Shown one piece after another: positions 1 through 12,915 of a stretch of DNA of 64,000 nt (position 1 is its first letter; every line of letters starts with the position of its first letter). The stretch lies in assembly GCA_030141605.1 (NCBI GenBank), contig JAQGDQ010000027.1, positions 124,001 through 188,000 on the forward strand. Direction: 5' to 3'. The DNA comes from Tubiluchus corallicola (Eukaryota; Animalia; Priapulida). The position numbers were made by a program, and so were the translations under genes. The notes beneath the pieces are model-generated. The model made no database searches. It worked only from the letters and a program-made list of their open reading frames with translations, and was not told the origin of the DNA.

Positions 1-460
1 TTTGGTAGCATAAAGTTAAATCTTTCTGAATGCCTTCTTTCTAAAGACTTTAGATTTAGAAACTCCAAACGCTTAGGATATGGCGTAGACATTAAACTAC
101 AATGGGTTCGAAGTATCCAAACGCATACAACATTAAACAAGCTGTAGGCCGAAATTTACGCAAAGGATTAAAGCAAACAGCACATAAACATGACTCTAAA
201 ACAAAAAAGACGTCAACAGAAAAAACTATCTTTAGGTAAAAATTAACAAAATGAATGGATGGTTTAATCCATTATCCAATAAATGGTGGAACAAATCTTT
301 TGACCAGCTAATCGCGAAAATTGCCAATCCAAATAGTGTAAGATGAAAATGCCAAATCGGTTACAATGAGGCCGAAGTCATTATCAAGTGATGGCGCTTT
401 CCATCATGGCATCCTAAATTCATCAGGACTAAATACCGTTTACAAAGTTTAATGAGGAAC
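1..460 (-). mobile_element. Degenerate CR1/L2-group non-LTR retrotransposon reverse transcriptase C-terminal relic
   Basis: Minus-strand translation across stops/frameshifts gives, in the expected order, NDFGLIVTDLAFSSYT (cf. RDLGV-sdLsF--H), KRFVPPFIG (cf. FVRPxLEY) and YPKRLEFLNLKSLERR (cf. YxxRLxxLxLxSLExRR). Confidence 0.6.
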
Positions 461-921
461 TAAGCGGTTATTCGCTTCAATGAACGATGCTAATTGTTGG
501 TATAATTAGTGGAGAAATAATGAGTGCCCGCAGCTTCATGATAATGAACAACAATAACCACGGGGCTAAGTGAGGACTTATAATAAGAGGGTCTGCTGCC
601 AGTTGCAACTGAGCAAATGGACATATAAAATAGCTCCATTAGTATTATTTTAAAATGGCGGTAACTGCGGCAAGCAGGCCCAGCTGGAAATAATACACAA
701 TAACTGGACATGAATGGACGTCTGAGATGACCGTTCCATTAAAACGTGAATTTCAATAGAGGTGTACATATAACATTTGGCTATTCAGTTACAGATCGTT
801 TCGCCTATGGAGCTGACCATTAAACGAGGAAGTCAATATATGCTTCGATATGTGTTCATTGTGATCAAACAATTCACTAACACCAAAATGTTTATCTCGA
901 TTTCTTCTCAAGATCCATCCG

Positions 922-930
922 TCTCTCTCG

Positions 931-1012
<82 letters not shown>
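922..1012. repeat. (CT)n microsatellite
   Basis: Directly visible; explains the SLSL run in ORF 777-1103. Confidence 0.97.
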
Positions 1013-1013
<1 letters not shown>

Positions 1014-1555
1014 ATTCTACCTTCCTCTCAAGATCTCTCTTACAAAATCATATGCACTATGTGGTTACACCATATGCACGTTTCAGTCATTCAATCTCTC
1101 TAGTTTCTTGAGTAAATCTCTATAATGTAGCCCCATTTCATAATTATCGTCCTTCTTTTAGTCCTCACAAAGAAGTGACAGTTTGAACCATTTCATTTAA
1201 ACCTGTCTATACCTGTCAGTGTTCCATTCAAAACTCTATACTATCTGTGCTCATTTAAAGCTGTAAGCGGAAAATGCTTCCAGTTGATTAACTTGTCATT
1301 TCGCATTTTCGTGTCAACAGTTTTCCACTTGACAAATATTTCTTCAATTCATCACACTGATTGAATGAAGCCAAGCGTTTTTACAGGCAAACTGTCTGAT
1401 AGGGTTCAGGCTTTACCTTTTCACAGTAATGTCTTTTATGCTACATTGCCCACCACCTATCTCTCTGTAATGTAGCGACTGGAAAGTGAAGCGAGAAACG
1501 ATGGTCGACTAGCTTATTTCGTTTTCCTTATCTAGGTTATTATTGTTTGATTGAT

Positions 1556-1690
1556 TAACTAACTGACTCACTGACTAACTAACTGACAGACTGACTAACT
1601 AACAGACAGACAGACAGACTGACTGGCTGGCTGAATGACTGACTGACTGACTGACTGACTGACTAACTGATTGGCTTACTAACTGACTCA
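1556..1690. repeat. (ACTG/ACTA/ACAG)n tetranucleotide microsatellite, resuming at about 2030-2052 after a MITE insertion
   Basis: Directly visible. Confidence 0.9.
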
Positions 1691-1693
1691 CTT

Positions 1694-2027
1694 CCCAAAC
1701 AGCTCACAAGATCTTGTTACAAGGTTATGACAACATTTTTGCAAATATTGAGACAATATAGAAATGTGGATTTGCCACAACATTATACCAATATTTTCTC
1801 CATATTGTGGTAACATTGTGATAATACTGGTGCTAATATTATCACGACATTGTCACAATATGGAAAAAATATTGTCAAAAAATATTGGTGTAATGTTTTG
1901 ACAATATTGGTACCAATATTGTCACAACATGGAAAAAATATTGGTACAACGTTGTGGCAAGTCCGCACTTTTATTTTATCCCAGTATTTGCAAAAAATAT
2001 TGTGGCAACTTTGTCGTGCTGCCTGGG
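1694..2027. mobile_element. Foldback MITE with CCCA...TGGG termini (CMC/EnSpm-like)
   Basis: Left end cccaaacagctcacaag matches the reverse complement of the right end, cccaggcagcacgacaa. Long inverted arms (tttttgcaaatattgagacaatatagaaatgtggatttgccacaac vs ttttttgcaaatactgggataaaataaaagtgcggacttgccacaac). Internal short aatattgt repeats. TT on both flanks as a possible 2-bp TSD. Confidence 0.8.
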
Positions 2028-4639
2028 TTACTGACTGTCTGACTGAGTGACTTATTGTTGGACTGAATGGATCGATCGCATAGTCAATAAAGGATTGGCT
2101 AATTAACTGAAGTAAATGTGGACTTGTGAAATGTTTATTTTGGCGTAGAGACTGACTAGTAGCTATATTATAAAGGCAGGATCAAACCTCACTGTTAACA
2201 AATGTTACGAAATAATTATACGCCTGCCTCTGATCTTTAAGCTACAATGAAACATAAGAATTCAGACCATTTTGTCCATTCGACATCAAGCCCGTCATTA
2301 AAAGTAATCAATTCTCAAAATTTGTTCAGCTATAATGAACACCACGAAAAAGTCCAGTAGTTTCACTTGTACGAAATTTTGTTGCATTATTACAGTCCGT
2401 TGCGCTTACAGACCTTATTAAACCTCATCATTGTTCAATCGTGGCGTGAATTTTAAGCTAAAATCTCTATTGCTCAATTCTCTATAGCAGTTGCTGTGTT
2501 ATCTTCTTAAAGCACCATTCAGGTTGCAATATTTGCACATCCACTTATTTGCATAAAATTCCTCGGCAAATCATTCTGGCTGTATGTATATGCATGATTC
2601 ACCATTTTGTGTCATCTAATTTTATGAAAATTTCGTTTATATCTGCATTTTGCAGGCCCACAGTTTGCTGTTTTCGACTTGTCTAATGTAAACAAATTTG
2701 TTACGTGCGTAAATAACGACAATTTCAGTTTGCTCTTGCAATGCATGCACCGTAGTGCACTTACACAGTGTTCGCGTATAAAATTTTTTGGCGCCCTTTT
2801 GAAGCGCAGCTGCTGCCATCTAGTAAGATTTTTCGAGAAACGCGGGAAATTGTCAGAATTTTATTGATTAAATTTGCTTTTTAGAATTCATCGTTTGCTG
2901 TTTTCATGGGTAACATCTAATGTCGGAAGTGGTGCTGACAAGCCGTAGCATAGCAGTATTTAGTTTTTTTGCTAGATTACTACTGTGTTTACCTACCTGA
3001 AGGGCAGATTTATTTTATTTTAGGATTCTGCCTGTCCAATGTCTACAGCAGACGTAATGGGCATATGATGATGATGATGATGATGATGTGTGGCAGCTCA
3101 AAAATGCTAAACAAAGTTGGAGAACTGTACTATGAAACACCTCAGCATAATAATGTATCTACAAACTTAATAGTCCCAGTAAAATTGTCAGTAAAATATA
3201 TTATCCATTATCTTAAACGGAAAGCCATACCTTCTGAGAAGTTTAGGTTTCTTTGAATGTTTATTTCAATGTTCGCGACTGATTTAGTAATAAAAGTGTG
3301 ATAATTAGTAAAATCGCTTTAAATTCGCGATCATTTCATACTTGGGCGCTACCATTTTGAACACTCATTCTTCCGCCAGTGATGTCGTTCATCGGTTGAA
3401 GAAAAGCAGCGCATTTCTTTTTCGCTAAAGGTATAATAATTATGTTAATTTCTGCCCAAAGTATAATAAGTGTTTACATAAAATTAGACAGCTAATTTTG
3501 CGATATTTTTGTATAAACATTAGGTAAGCTGCAGAAGTTTCAATTAGTTTAAGCAACGCTCACTTACGGAAAGCCATGTTGCGCTTACGAAAAGTTACGA
3601 AGTCTACTAGTTGCGCCATAATTTTCAAGTGAATGGCGGCTACCATCGCGTCTGAAAATTTCTACACACCGATAGTATCTTTATGCTTACAGACGGTTTT
3701 TTTCAAACTTCTTTGTCAGAATTTTCTAAGTCTACGGATAACAGTAAAATAAACATAACGTGCTATGTGACTTGTCCTTTCCTTTAATTTCAATTTTAAC
3801 TAAGACCTTCGGATTACTAGTTCAGAGTCAGACTGCATTTGAACTTTGAATTCAAATGGTTCTTTGTTTTGCATACAGGCTTTGTCTTAAATTTTATACT
3901 GGTTACTTATCAATTTTTTAAATCAGAATCTTCAAAATTTGAAATAACATTAACATCAAAACTCAAACGACTTTACTCCACAATAACACCAATTTACCAC
4001 AATGACATGTTTACTATGAACATTATATGAAGTGTAATATTGTTCTGATTGAATCTTGGCCAGTGTGGAATTGCCACCTCAAGGCTACACAGTTTCCCAC
4101 TCTGGATTAGTCGAAAAACGATAAATAATTTGTCGAGCGTATTAAAAATTGATCAGTCGGCAAGAAACTTGAAAACGTTATCGTGCCGCAGCGTGGAAGA
4201 TTACGAGTAAAGCCAAAGCTCAAGAGTTCAGATGATCAAATAGAGGAGTGACGTTTTAAAGTCTATAGAGCACAAGCTCTTATGCCCGGTCTACACTGCG
4301 GTGAAAACACGGGGCGCGTGCTGGATCTTCTTATTCGTTTTTACACATTCAATGACTTTGTCAACTTTCGCCTGTTCACACTACATGTATATGTGCAAAC
4401 TACACATAAACTACGTGTACATGTGGCTTATTTTGCCTGTGTATGATTAAAAATACACTATCAAGGTCACCGTATGTAATGAAGACTGTGCGATGGTCAG
4501 TGCTGTGCTGTAGCCGTTGCAGTAGCCGGGATGTATGTTGTTTACATTACAGAATAAATCCAGATCACAACAATCCAGATATTCCCTACGTACATGAGAA
4601 GACGGCATACATGAGGTCGCCCTTTTAGAGTGCGAAGTT

Positions 4640-4962
4640 AAGTAATCTTGTAATGATGTAATTATGTCTATTATTATATGCTGTTTTGTTTTTATTTATG
4701 AATATGTGTAACTGCATTAGAATTTGTAATTATGTTTATTATTCTCATTGTCTTATACTCGTTGTTTTTCATTGTGTATAATACGTTTAAATTTTGTTAC
4801 TATGTGTTAAAATAAGCTCGTTGTCTTTCATTGTGTGAATGCGTTAGAATCTAAAATTATGTATATGGCAATATGTTTAATGGTTTGTAAATGCGTTTAG
4901 CAATTTTGAAACACATCCCTGCAAATACGGGGAATGTATATTATATATAATTTTTAAAAATA

Positions 4963-5028
<66 letters not shown>
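4640..5028 (+). repeat. Probable retroelement 3' end with (AAT)n tail (tail 4963-5028)
   Basis: T-rich body with duplicated ctcgttgtYtttcattgtgt, a small stem-loop acatccctgc...ggggaatgt, AATAAA, then a perfect (AAT)n run. The microsatellite is certain; the retroelement origin is inferred. Confidence 0.5.
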
Positions 5029-5031
<3 letters not shown>

Positions 5032-5606
5032 GTCTATTTGGCTTTCTTTATTCTAATAATGAGTTCCCATTTGGCTGTGTGATTGTTTACGATATATTCG
5101 GATCTAAAAAGTCCATGATGGGTAAATATTTTCAATTTAGTGTAAACTGGGTTTTAGAATGAAAAATCCTTTCATAGTCATTTTCAAGTAGGTTAGAGAA
5201 GTTGCGAACCTGCTACCTTTAAAAAGTGATGACGATCAGTTTTTTGTATATTCTATTACTGGCTTCTTGTGTCTTCTTAAACAAGTACATTACTTACTAA
5301 ACTTCACTGGAATTTGCACCTTTCACATAGATGCTTTCATTCGTAAGAAGTTTGTCAAAAGCCTTATTAACGGTTTCATTAATAATTCATATGATTATAA
5401 GAAAGGCTTTGATAAATTGATCACATTTACGAAACATGATGTCTGGTGATTTCACGTGATATTAGCTCAGTGATTTTAAATAATCAATGTTTGCTTTCTG
5501 CGCTCTGTCGCCAAAAGTAACCCATCTGCCGCAACCACGTAAAGTAAAGAAAATACATATTAATCAATGAATACAATAAGCTATACCGGCTATTCATTAC
5601 TCGAGA

Positions 5607-5645
5607 ATGGCGGTTGCATTGTACGTCGGCGATCAGACAAATACT
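5607..5645 (+). other. Candidate short first exon/ORF start (MAVALYVGDQTNT, phase 0)
   Basis: aATGGCGG context (Kozak-like and YY1-like) followed by 13 codons and donor GTAAGT at 5646. Confidence 0.25.
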
Positions 5646-7164
5646 GTAAGTTTATGAACATGCCCGAAAAGGGAACATTGTTAATGAGAAAACAACATTT
5701 TGTTATTGGATGTTGAAGACATTGCTGGCTTGCAGCACTTGGGTGCTGCTTCTGTGTCATTACTGTGCCATTACCCGGACATGTTGATTGATTAGCGAAT
5801 AAGACTAGCAGTAGTACAGCTACAAAACACAGCTATGTACTATAACTGAATAATTTGGTGAACTGAAGGTTACACTTTACACTATTGAGTACAGAAGAGT
5901 TACACCTTACACTGTCGAGTAATCGACCAACATGACCAGCAGAAGTACGATCACACTAAACGCCGCCCACTTAATTAACCAACATAAGGCAATATCTCAT
6001 TAATTTCATGAGATTTGTTTTTTTGTCAATGAATACATTAACATAACATATTTGAGCAAACAAGTTTAACTGAATTGAAATGAAATTGAATCTAACCACA
6101 CTTTAAATTGGTGAGTACATAAAAATATGATCAACATAATCGCCAACATGAGAAGTCACAGTCTATTACAATCAGGCAAAAGGAAAACACGGCATGTAGC
6201 ATTATTGCTTTGTTCTGAATTGCTAAAACTGTAATAGTCCTAGACCGCCATGATAGCAAGATCAGCAGCAGCGCAGCTACATTTTGTATGGCCGACTAAC
6301 GGATTTTGATTTGTTTATTAACAGTACACCTCCTCACTCTATTTTGTTAAATAATGCAAACACCATATCCTCCTATAATAGCTGAAGAACTTTACTCGGA
6401 TGTTTTAATGCAACTGAATATGAATTGGTATGAATCTCATGAAGTTATTATGAAGCACTGCACACTTGGGTGAGTTAAGCAACTGCTCTACAACTAACAA
6501 TCTGCAAAGGCACTTCATTATTTTGCTGTCAGCATAAACAACAACTCCATTAAATACTGATTCAGAGATAATTTGTAATTTCGCTCTTGTTAATGGCACT
6601 GTTTGGGATTACGGGGTAAATAGAATGTAAATGAGGCTTTGAACATATTGCGCTTTTTCTGGAGCTTACAAATTGGTCACTCATGCATACAAATTGAAAA
6701 TCTGAAAGTTGCTGGGATTCTGCGTGAGAAGAGATTGCGACAAAATTGCGACAAAGACTGAAGGAATGTGCATAAACCAGCAACGAGGAAGCTTAATCAT
6801 TTTAAATCACAGAACAGTTGCTGACAGGGGGTGGATCAAGGGTTTCATGGACCTAAGGCTAGCAACAAACGAAGAGACCAATGTACTGGTCAGGTTGCCA
6901 TCAAACTTCTCGGAAGCTATAAAAATGTTAATTGCTATGGAGCTGTTTTTCAGTTTTTGCATAGACTTATCAACAGCCTTTGTCTTTGCTCATGATGAAT
7001 GGGAATGATTCTGTTTGTAATGTCCTTTCACCTGGGAGTTGCTGTTCATCATTGAGGCTACCTCTAATAAATTTTCGAAAACGTTGGACAATGAGAAGTA
7101 TGTAGCACGTGTCTAAATATTCTATTCTTTACAAGTGCTGAATTCTTGTATCTAAAAGATTTAT

Positions 7165-7283
7165 GCGTTCAAATAACTCACGTGTTCAAATGATCTATGA
7201 GTCCAAAATAGACAATGCCCAAGTTGCCTATGTGGCCAAAACTACCTGTATCTAAATGTTTTATGGCGAAGTATCCTGACTCC
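7165..7283. repeat. Degenerate 16-17 bp tandem array ending tcctgactcc (probable half of a MITE)
   Basis: Units gttcaaataactcacgt / gttcaaatgatctatga / gtccaaaatagacaat / gcccaagttgcctatgt / ggccaaaactacctgt. Confidence 0.4.
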
Positions 7284-10118
7284 TGTGTGGCTACCGTGAA
7301 AAATAACATTTTCTGTACAATGTAATGTTTGATCACTCAAGTGCTTACTGGTAATGCACAAAAAAGGAAAGCAAATAATAAGCAACTTGTCTTTAGAATG
7401 CTCAGTTTAAACAATTTTGTTATCCTGTTTACTAAATAGCATTATTTCTGTGAATTGGTCATCGGACTCCAAGAGCCTATCAGAATTTAGGGCATAAGGC
7501 TATATAGCCTTAATAATCCGCTTCTGGTGGCTAACTTTTTATTGCAGCATCGAGCAATCATAACGTAATAATCTTACGTTATTTTGCGAAATATTGAACT
7601 CTGAACCTGTATTCATCAAAAATTAAACGTTGACTTTCTCTGAAATTGCCAAGGTGAATTTTTACATCCGTTTTTTCATAAATCTAACTGCTATGATTAA
7701 AAGTCATACTGTATGCAGTCTGCTCGCCCACAATACAGCCATTCTCCTGAAAATAAACTTTTTTCCTGTTTTACCTGAAACATTTGAGGAGGAAATTTCA
7801 CGGAAATATCGATCGTAAATGCGAGCTTTCACCTGCTTATTTATGGACGTCCTTTGTAATTCCGAGTTTGCTGAGTTCAGATCGACATTTTATGCGAAGA
7901 ATCGGCCAGCTCAGCAGCTCTTCTGACATTCAGCAGTGTAATATAGTCGTCCCATTTGTTAGCCGTCTTTGTTATGCTCTTAATGATGTTTCGTCTCCCC
8001 CCCCCCCCCCTTCGCTGCGCACACGTTCAGGTTATAATTACGCACCCCACGCCCCCTATTGTTGCTGACGGTGTATTCCGCTAGGGGCTGTTGTGAGTCG
8101 AGCAGCAGCTTCGGAGTTTCTGGGCACAGACTAACAGTTCAGTCAGCTTTAGCCCATGCCTCGACGGCCTTAGAGTTCATTCATTCACCGGCTGGCGTGG
8201 AAGATTGATGCGGATCTTGCTGGAAAGAAGCTAATATCGATTTACGAATAGAAAAATTCCCAGTTAATTCTGTTGTGTGAACGATTGCACACGTGAGTGA
8301 CAGCTGATCGAAACTTGAAACACAAATGTTGGTGATCTAAAGTGTATATCACATTCAAATTCAATTGGCGTTATTTGATTGTTGTAATACGCTCGATTTT
8401 ATTGGATTGGCTGCATCTTGTCGGACTGAAATGCGAATGTTATTTACATGTAAATATCAGCTTCACTAAGATAATTTTCGCTGTATTATTCACCAAGAGA
8501 TTTTTACCCGCGCGCCAGTATTTTTTAAGTGGAATGCGAACAAATTCCTAAAATACTTTTACGCATGTTCTATAATTGCAATCGACAAAAACACGCCTCC
8601 GAGTTTCTACAGTGAGCTATATCATAACCAAGAGACATACAGGTCTATGCAGGCAAGCAACTCTTATTTATTAAATATTTCACTATTATTTTTATGGTCA
8701 ACAGCTATATTGTTGATTTTTGTGTACGCGTATGATATGACAATTTAAAATTAAGTTCGAAACTGGGTACTGACATACAATTTCATATACATATATTTAA
8801 GTCTACATATATATATATATGTAATATGTATGTGGTCAAGCTGAACAAAAGAAAGCCAATAACAATACAAGTTTTTTTTACATTTGTTGTATATTCAGTA
8901 CTTAAATCTCAAACACTTAACCTAGCTGAAATGAGTTTACATCTGTGAATAGTGGGATGGTTTGGCCACTACTTTGTTTCCCGAAAGTTGTTGTGGTTAA
9001 TCATCTCTTTGTCTTAGCTTTTCTTGACCGCTTTGGTTAAGCCTGATCAAGACACAGAAGGTTAGGTATCTAATCCTTAGTCTTGCTAACCTTTGAGTAA
9101 TAGTTCCAAACCCAGTTATGCTTATCGTAGTAGATGTAAGCTGTCTGACCCTGTGCTATTTACGATTACAAAACGCAACTGTATAACAATTGATGTGTAA
9201 TATTATTTGCTTTGCGCTTTTATAGTTTATCTACAAAAAACACGTCAAACAAGTTTTCTGCTAGAGCGTAAACAATGCTGCTAATGTAAAAATAAATGCG
9301 CAGTTTGGCAAACTTCGAGTCAATTTCGTTTGTGCGTTGAAACGTTATTTTGCCGACTTTGGTGGCAGGGTACACAATGCATACTGTTCAAACAACACTT
9401 CCAATGAAAATTGATTTTACGGTGTAAGCCACATTTGTCTGATGTGGCGCAATAATGCTTTAATAGGTCTATAAAATTGTACGCAGTAATTTGCCCCCTT
9501 TGATTTATTGCGTGGCTAATTTAATTTCGGCTGCCCCTTTATTATGTTGCTAAATTTTATGGCGCACTCTCACTGATTTTTAACATCGAGCTATGCGTTA
9601 AAAACTGATAATCGAACTCAAACTGGTTTATATATGGACGTCTCGCGTGAAACAAAAGCTCACCGGAGTAAACAGAGTCTGCAAAATATATTTATAGACT
9701 AGCATCCGTTAATTACAAGATAATAAAAGTCACAAAGCTAATATAATTATTAATTGGCGGAACGGTTCGTGAAGAGTAAAGTAACTGTGCGGTGTTCAAT
9801 GCAGCCGTCCCTGTCATCTGGTCGTGTACATGCCAAAAAAGGCAGGCAAAAACGGCCTCCACGGAGGTTGTGTTGCAGCTTTACAGTCCCGAAAATCCCG
9901 TAACCGTTTAATACGTCTAACTCAAAGTGTCTAGTATCGAATGCTGCAACTGCAATTCGGAGGTGGTAAAACCAAAAGGGGTGTCACACTTTTTAAGGGA
10001 TTTTGCGACGTCAATTACAATATTATTTTACTCTTGTATAGTCCTGTAGGTGGGGTAAGAATTCTTGTGGAAAAAGTCGTCTTTCAATGCTGTAAACCAT
10101 ATTATTTAACATTTAAAT

Positions 10119-10190
10119 TATCATCATTGTCATCGTCATCATCATCATCGTCGTCTTCGTTGTCGTCGTCACCACCATCATCATCGTCAT
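10119..10190. repeat. (TCA/TCG)n trinucleotide repeat
   Basis: Directly visible. Confidence 0.9.
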
Positions 10191-10942
10191 CTACCTGCAG
10201 CTCTTGTAGGCGCTTTGTAAGAGTATTCTCAAAGCTTGAAGTTAAAATAAATTATGGTTTCGTAGATTTTCACCTCTGACCTAATATCAATAAGAGAATA
10301 ATTTTTTCTATATTTTTATTTTAAATTTTCTATTTTTTCCGAACTTTTGTTTTTTTAGCTGTTTGAAATCGTCACTTTAGTACTAGCTTGATAAATTTTT
10401 GCAGATTAGCGCTCAAACCACTTATTTATGTGGATTTTGCGCTATACAAAAATAAGTAAACTTTAATCTTTATACATAAAATAATCGATAGATAAATTGA
10501 AGAAGAGTTAAAAGACTATGGACTGTCTTTAAAAATCGGAAAAGTATCACACTTCTGTAAGCTCATTTAGATTTGAGTATTGATAAGTTTAGTTCAACCT
10601 GTCCTTTTCCATGGTTGCAATGTTCGTTCGCCACTACCTTCATTGTCGCCAGGACTTTTATCACCAATAAATCAATTGTCCCACATGGGACTTCTAAGAC
10701 ACGCCATACCTTTATTGGCAGCAGGTTCATTGTTAAAACAGTTGATTTTATCACGTTGTAAAGTACCTTGCGCTATGCGTAACACTCTTAATGAACTAAA
10801 ATGGACAGTTACTTTGAACCGGCTGACCGACCTAATCTACTAATTAGGAGTTTTGGGACATCCCGCTATGACCAGTTTTCTGGTGATTTATATTTCACTA
10901 AACACCGAACTTTACTGTAAAGTAAACTACATGCATAATTAT

Positions 10943-11134
10943 GTCACAAAAAAGACACAGAAAGAAGTCACAACTATGGCTAGGAAAGAAGGTCAGGTAA
11001 TCAAGTCAGTTAAAATTTATTTAAGTACCATAAACAATTAAAGTGTTAGGGTTATCGGTTAAGGTTAGGCTTTAGGGTTAGTGTTATTTCTTCTTTCCTG
11101 TGACTTTTTTGCCTGTGATTTTATTACTTGGATT
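10943..11134 (-). mobile_element. MITE with aaaagtcaca arms and a TTAGGG-like core (family A, copy 1)
   Basis: Left arm has gtcaca/gacaca repeats, right arm has tgtgacttttt repeats, and the core ttagggttatcggttaaggttaggctttagggttag lies at about 11046-11081. Opposite orientation to the copy at 13843. Confidence 0.7.
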
Positions 11135-11209
11135 GTACGATATGTCATTATTGTTATCAAAAGCAACTTTTATACATTTTATTTCGACAGTTGTGGCTTG
11201 GTATGTGGT

Positions 11210-11425
11210 AACCGATGGCTCGTATATTTCGTTAACTTCAATTTGAGAGATGTACATTTGTTTTTTGTATTCTTGCGCTTGCATAAGAGCAAAAGCTTCT
11301 CTTCTTGCATTTTGGTTTAAAATTCTCTCCCAGTCTTTGTCAAATGCCCCCCTTGGGTTTCTCCCTTTTTTTTGTATTCTGAGTATCTAGTAGCATGAAT
11401 GAAGAATGTGCTTGTAACTAGGCCT
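11210..11425 (-). mobile_element. Penelope-like element N-terminal ORF relic
   Basis: Minus strand, one frameshift: HATRYSEYKKKG / NPRGAFDKDWERILNQNARREAFALM. This resembles the recalled Penelope/Neptune N-terminal pattern HxxxLSEYxxxxxIPRGL...FxxKWExILNxxSxxLM. Not searched. Confidence 0.4.
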
Positions 11426-12045
11426 ATATTTATACATGGCTTATAACTCTTTTGAAAACATGAGTTCCGTTTCTTTGTAAGATTTTTTTGCAGTGCTGCA
11501 GCTGTTCGTCTGAAAATGGTCGGTTATTTTTAGTCCTTTTTTCTGCAGTATTATCCACGCTGCTGTGGTCCATACTCACATGATAAGCACATTTCATTTA
11601 TCACAGGCCACTTTATGTTGTATATAACGGTCTCATGGCCAAGAACATTACGGTTTGGTTTATCATTTTGCAATATACAATAATGCCATTAAACTGACGC
11701 CAAAATTCAGTTACAAATACCGCCTTTATAACTGAAACTACTTTGTTAAATTGAAGTCTGAGTTTCGCGTGCATACCTTGCAATTAGCAATTTTATCCGT
11801 GATAATTATCTCTTTTTCTCGAGAGAAGCTTCAACTAGCAAGGGAATAATTATGAAAATATTAATACGCTGGTGCACTGTATATAATTGCACTATCAGTC
11901 GTTAATTAAATGAGTTCGCGTCGTTATATCATCTCTCTAAAGAACCCATCAGAATCTCCAACGTTTTTTTATTCCTGAAGTGGAAAATACAAGCGCATAA
12001 AACGGTCGTATTAAGTGTGTGTACGTACTAATGTTTTCCATACAG

Positions 12046-12388
12046 TTTGGCAGGAAACCAAAAAACATCAACACTCAATGGCAAAGCCAAATGGCGTTGA
12101 ACGATATTTGAGTACCTGGGATAGATTTTTTACAGCCTGTCTTTGGTACTCACTCCTGCACTTGTAATCTTGATGTGTGCTGTTACTCAGTACATCCTAT
12201 TGCACCTGTGTACTTATACCTTCGAGGAAAGGAGATGCCTGCAAGGAGATGCCAGACTTTTTGGGGTTCTCTTACAATATCGAATTAAGAGGCTCTATAG
12301 AGCCCAAGCACAATGTCCAGCAGTCCTGTCAACTCTCCAAAATAATTATGGAGCAACGTTTCGGAAGCTGAAGCATTTAAAAGAGAAC
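12046..12388 (+). other. Candidate exon (5' UTR with uORFs, lncRNA, or coding from ATG 12173)
   Basis: Branch point tactaat (12026-12032), acceptor ttttccatacag ending at 12045, donor AAC|GTAAGA at 12389. One frame is open from 12173 to the donor (72 codons, phase 0). Confidence 0.5.
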
Positions 12389-12915
12389 GTAAGATAATTT
12401 TTATGTGCTGATTGAAACTAATTTCTTTGATCTAAGTAAAACTTCCTGAACAAGCTGCCAGGCGCTGTCGGGACACTTTAGCAAAATCTGTTTGCAATTT
12501 GGTTAAACACTTGTGTTAACGTTTATGTAGTATCCGAGCACGCGTTTCAGCGACTTTTATTAATGTAGAACATATGTTGCGAGGAAAACTAGTTGTAGGA
12601 TCATACACATGTAGTATTAACAAGCTTGTTTAAAGATGACTGCTTGACATGTATTTGCTTGTGAGGGTTTGTGTGAGGCGTAAAGGTTTCGCTCATGCAA
12701 ATCATGTGTGTGTGAGTAATGGAAACTGTGTAGTTTCCCAAAAAATCTCCTGTGTATAGTGTTATAAGTCTGTGGAACCGAGTAGACACACAAAAGTAAT
12801 TTCCTGCTAACATCAACGATTAGAACACTAATACTAATAATAATTTGGGCTCAGTGTTCTATGGCTGTTTGACTAACTTAACAATGTAAAGTGGATACTA
12901 TTTCATTTAGTGTAT

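Noticed and set aside
777-1103. 108-aa ORF with an SL run
   Set aside because: Artefact of the (CT)n microsatellite.
12091-12111. In-frame TGA as possible selenocysteine
   Set aside because: No selenoprotein motif or SECIS seen; a short uORF stop is the simpler reading.
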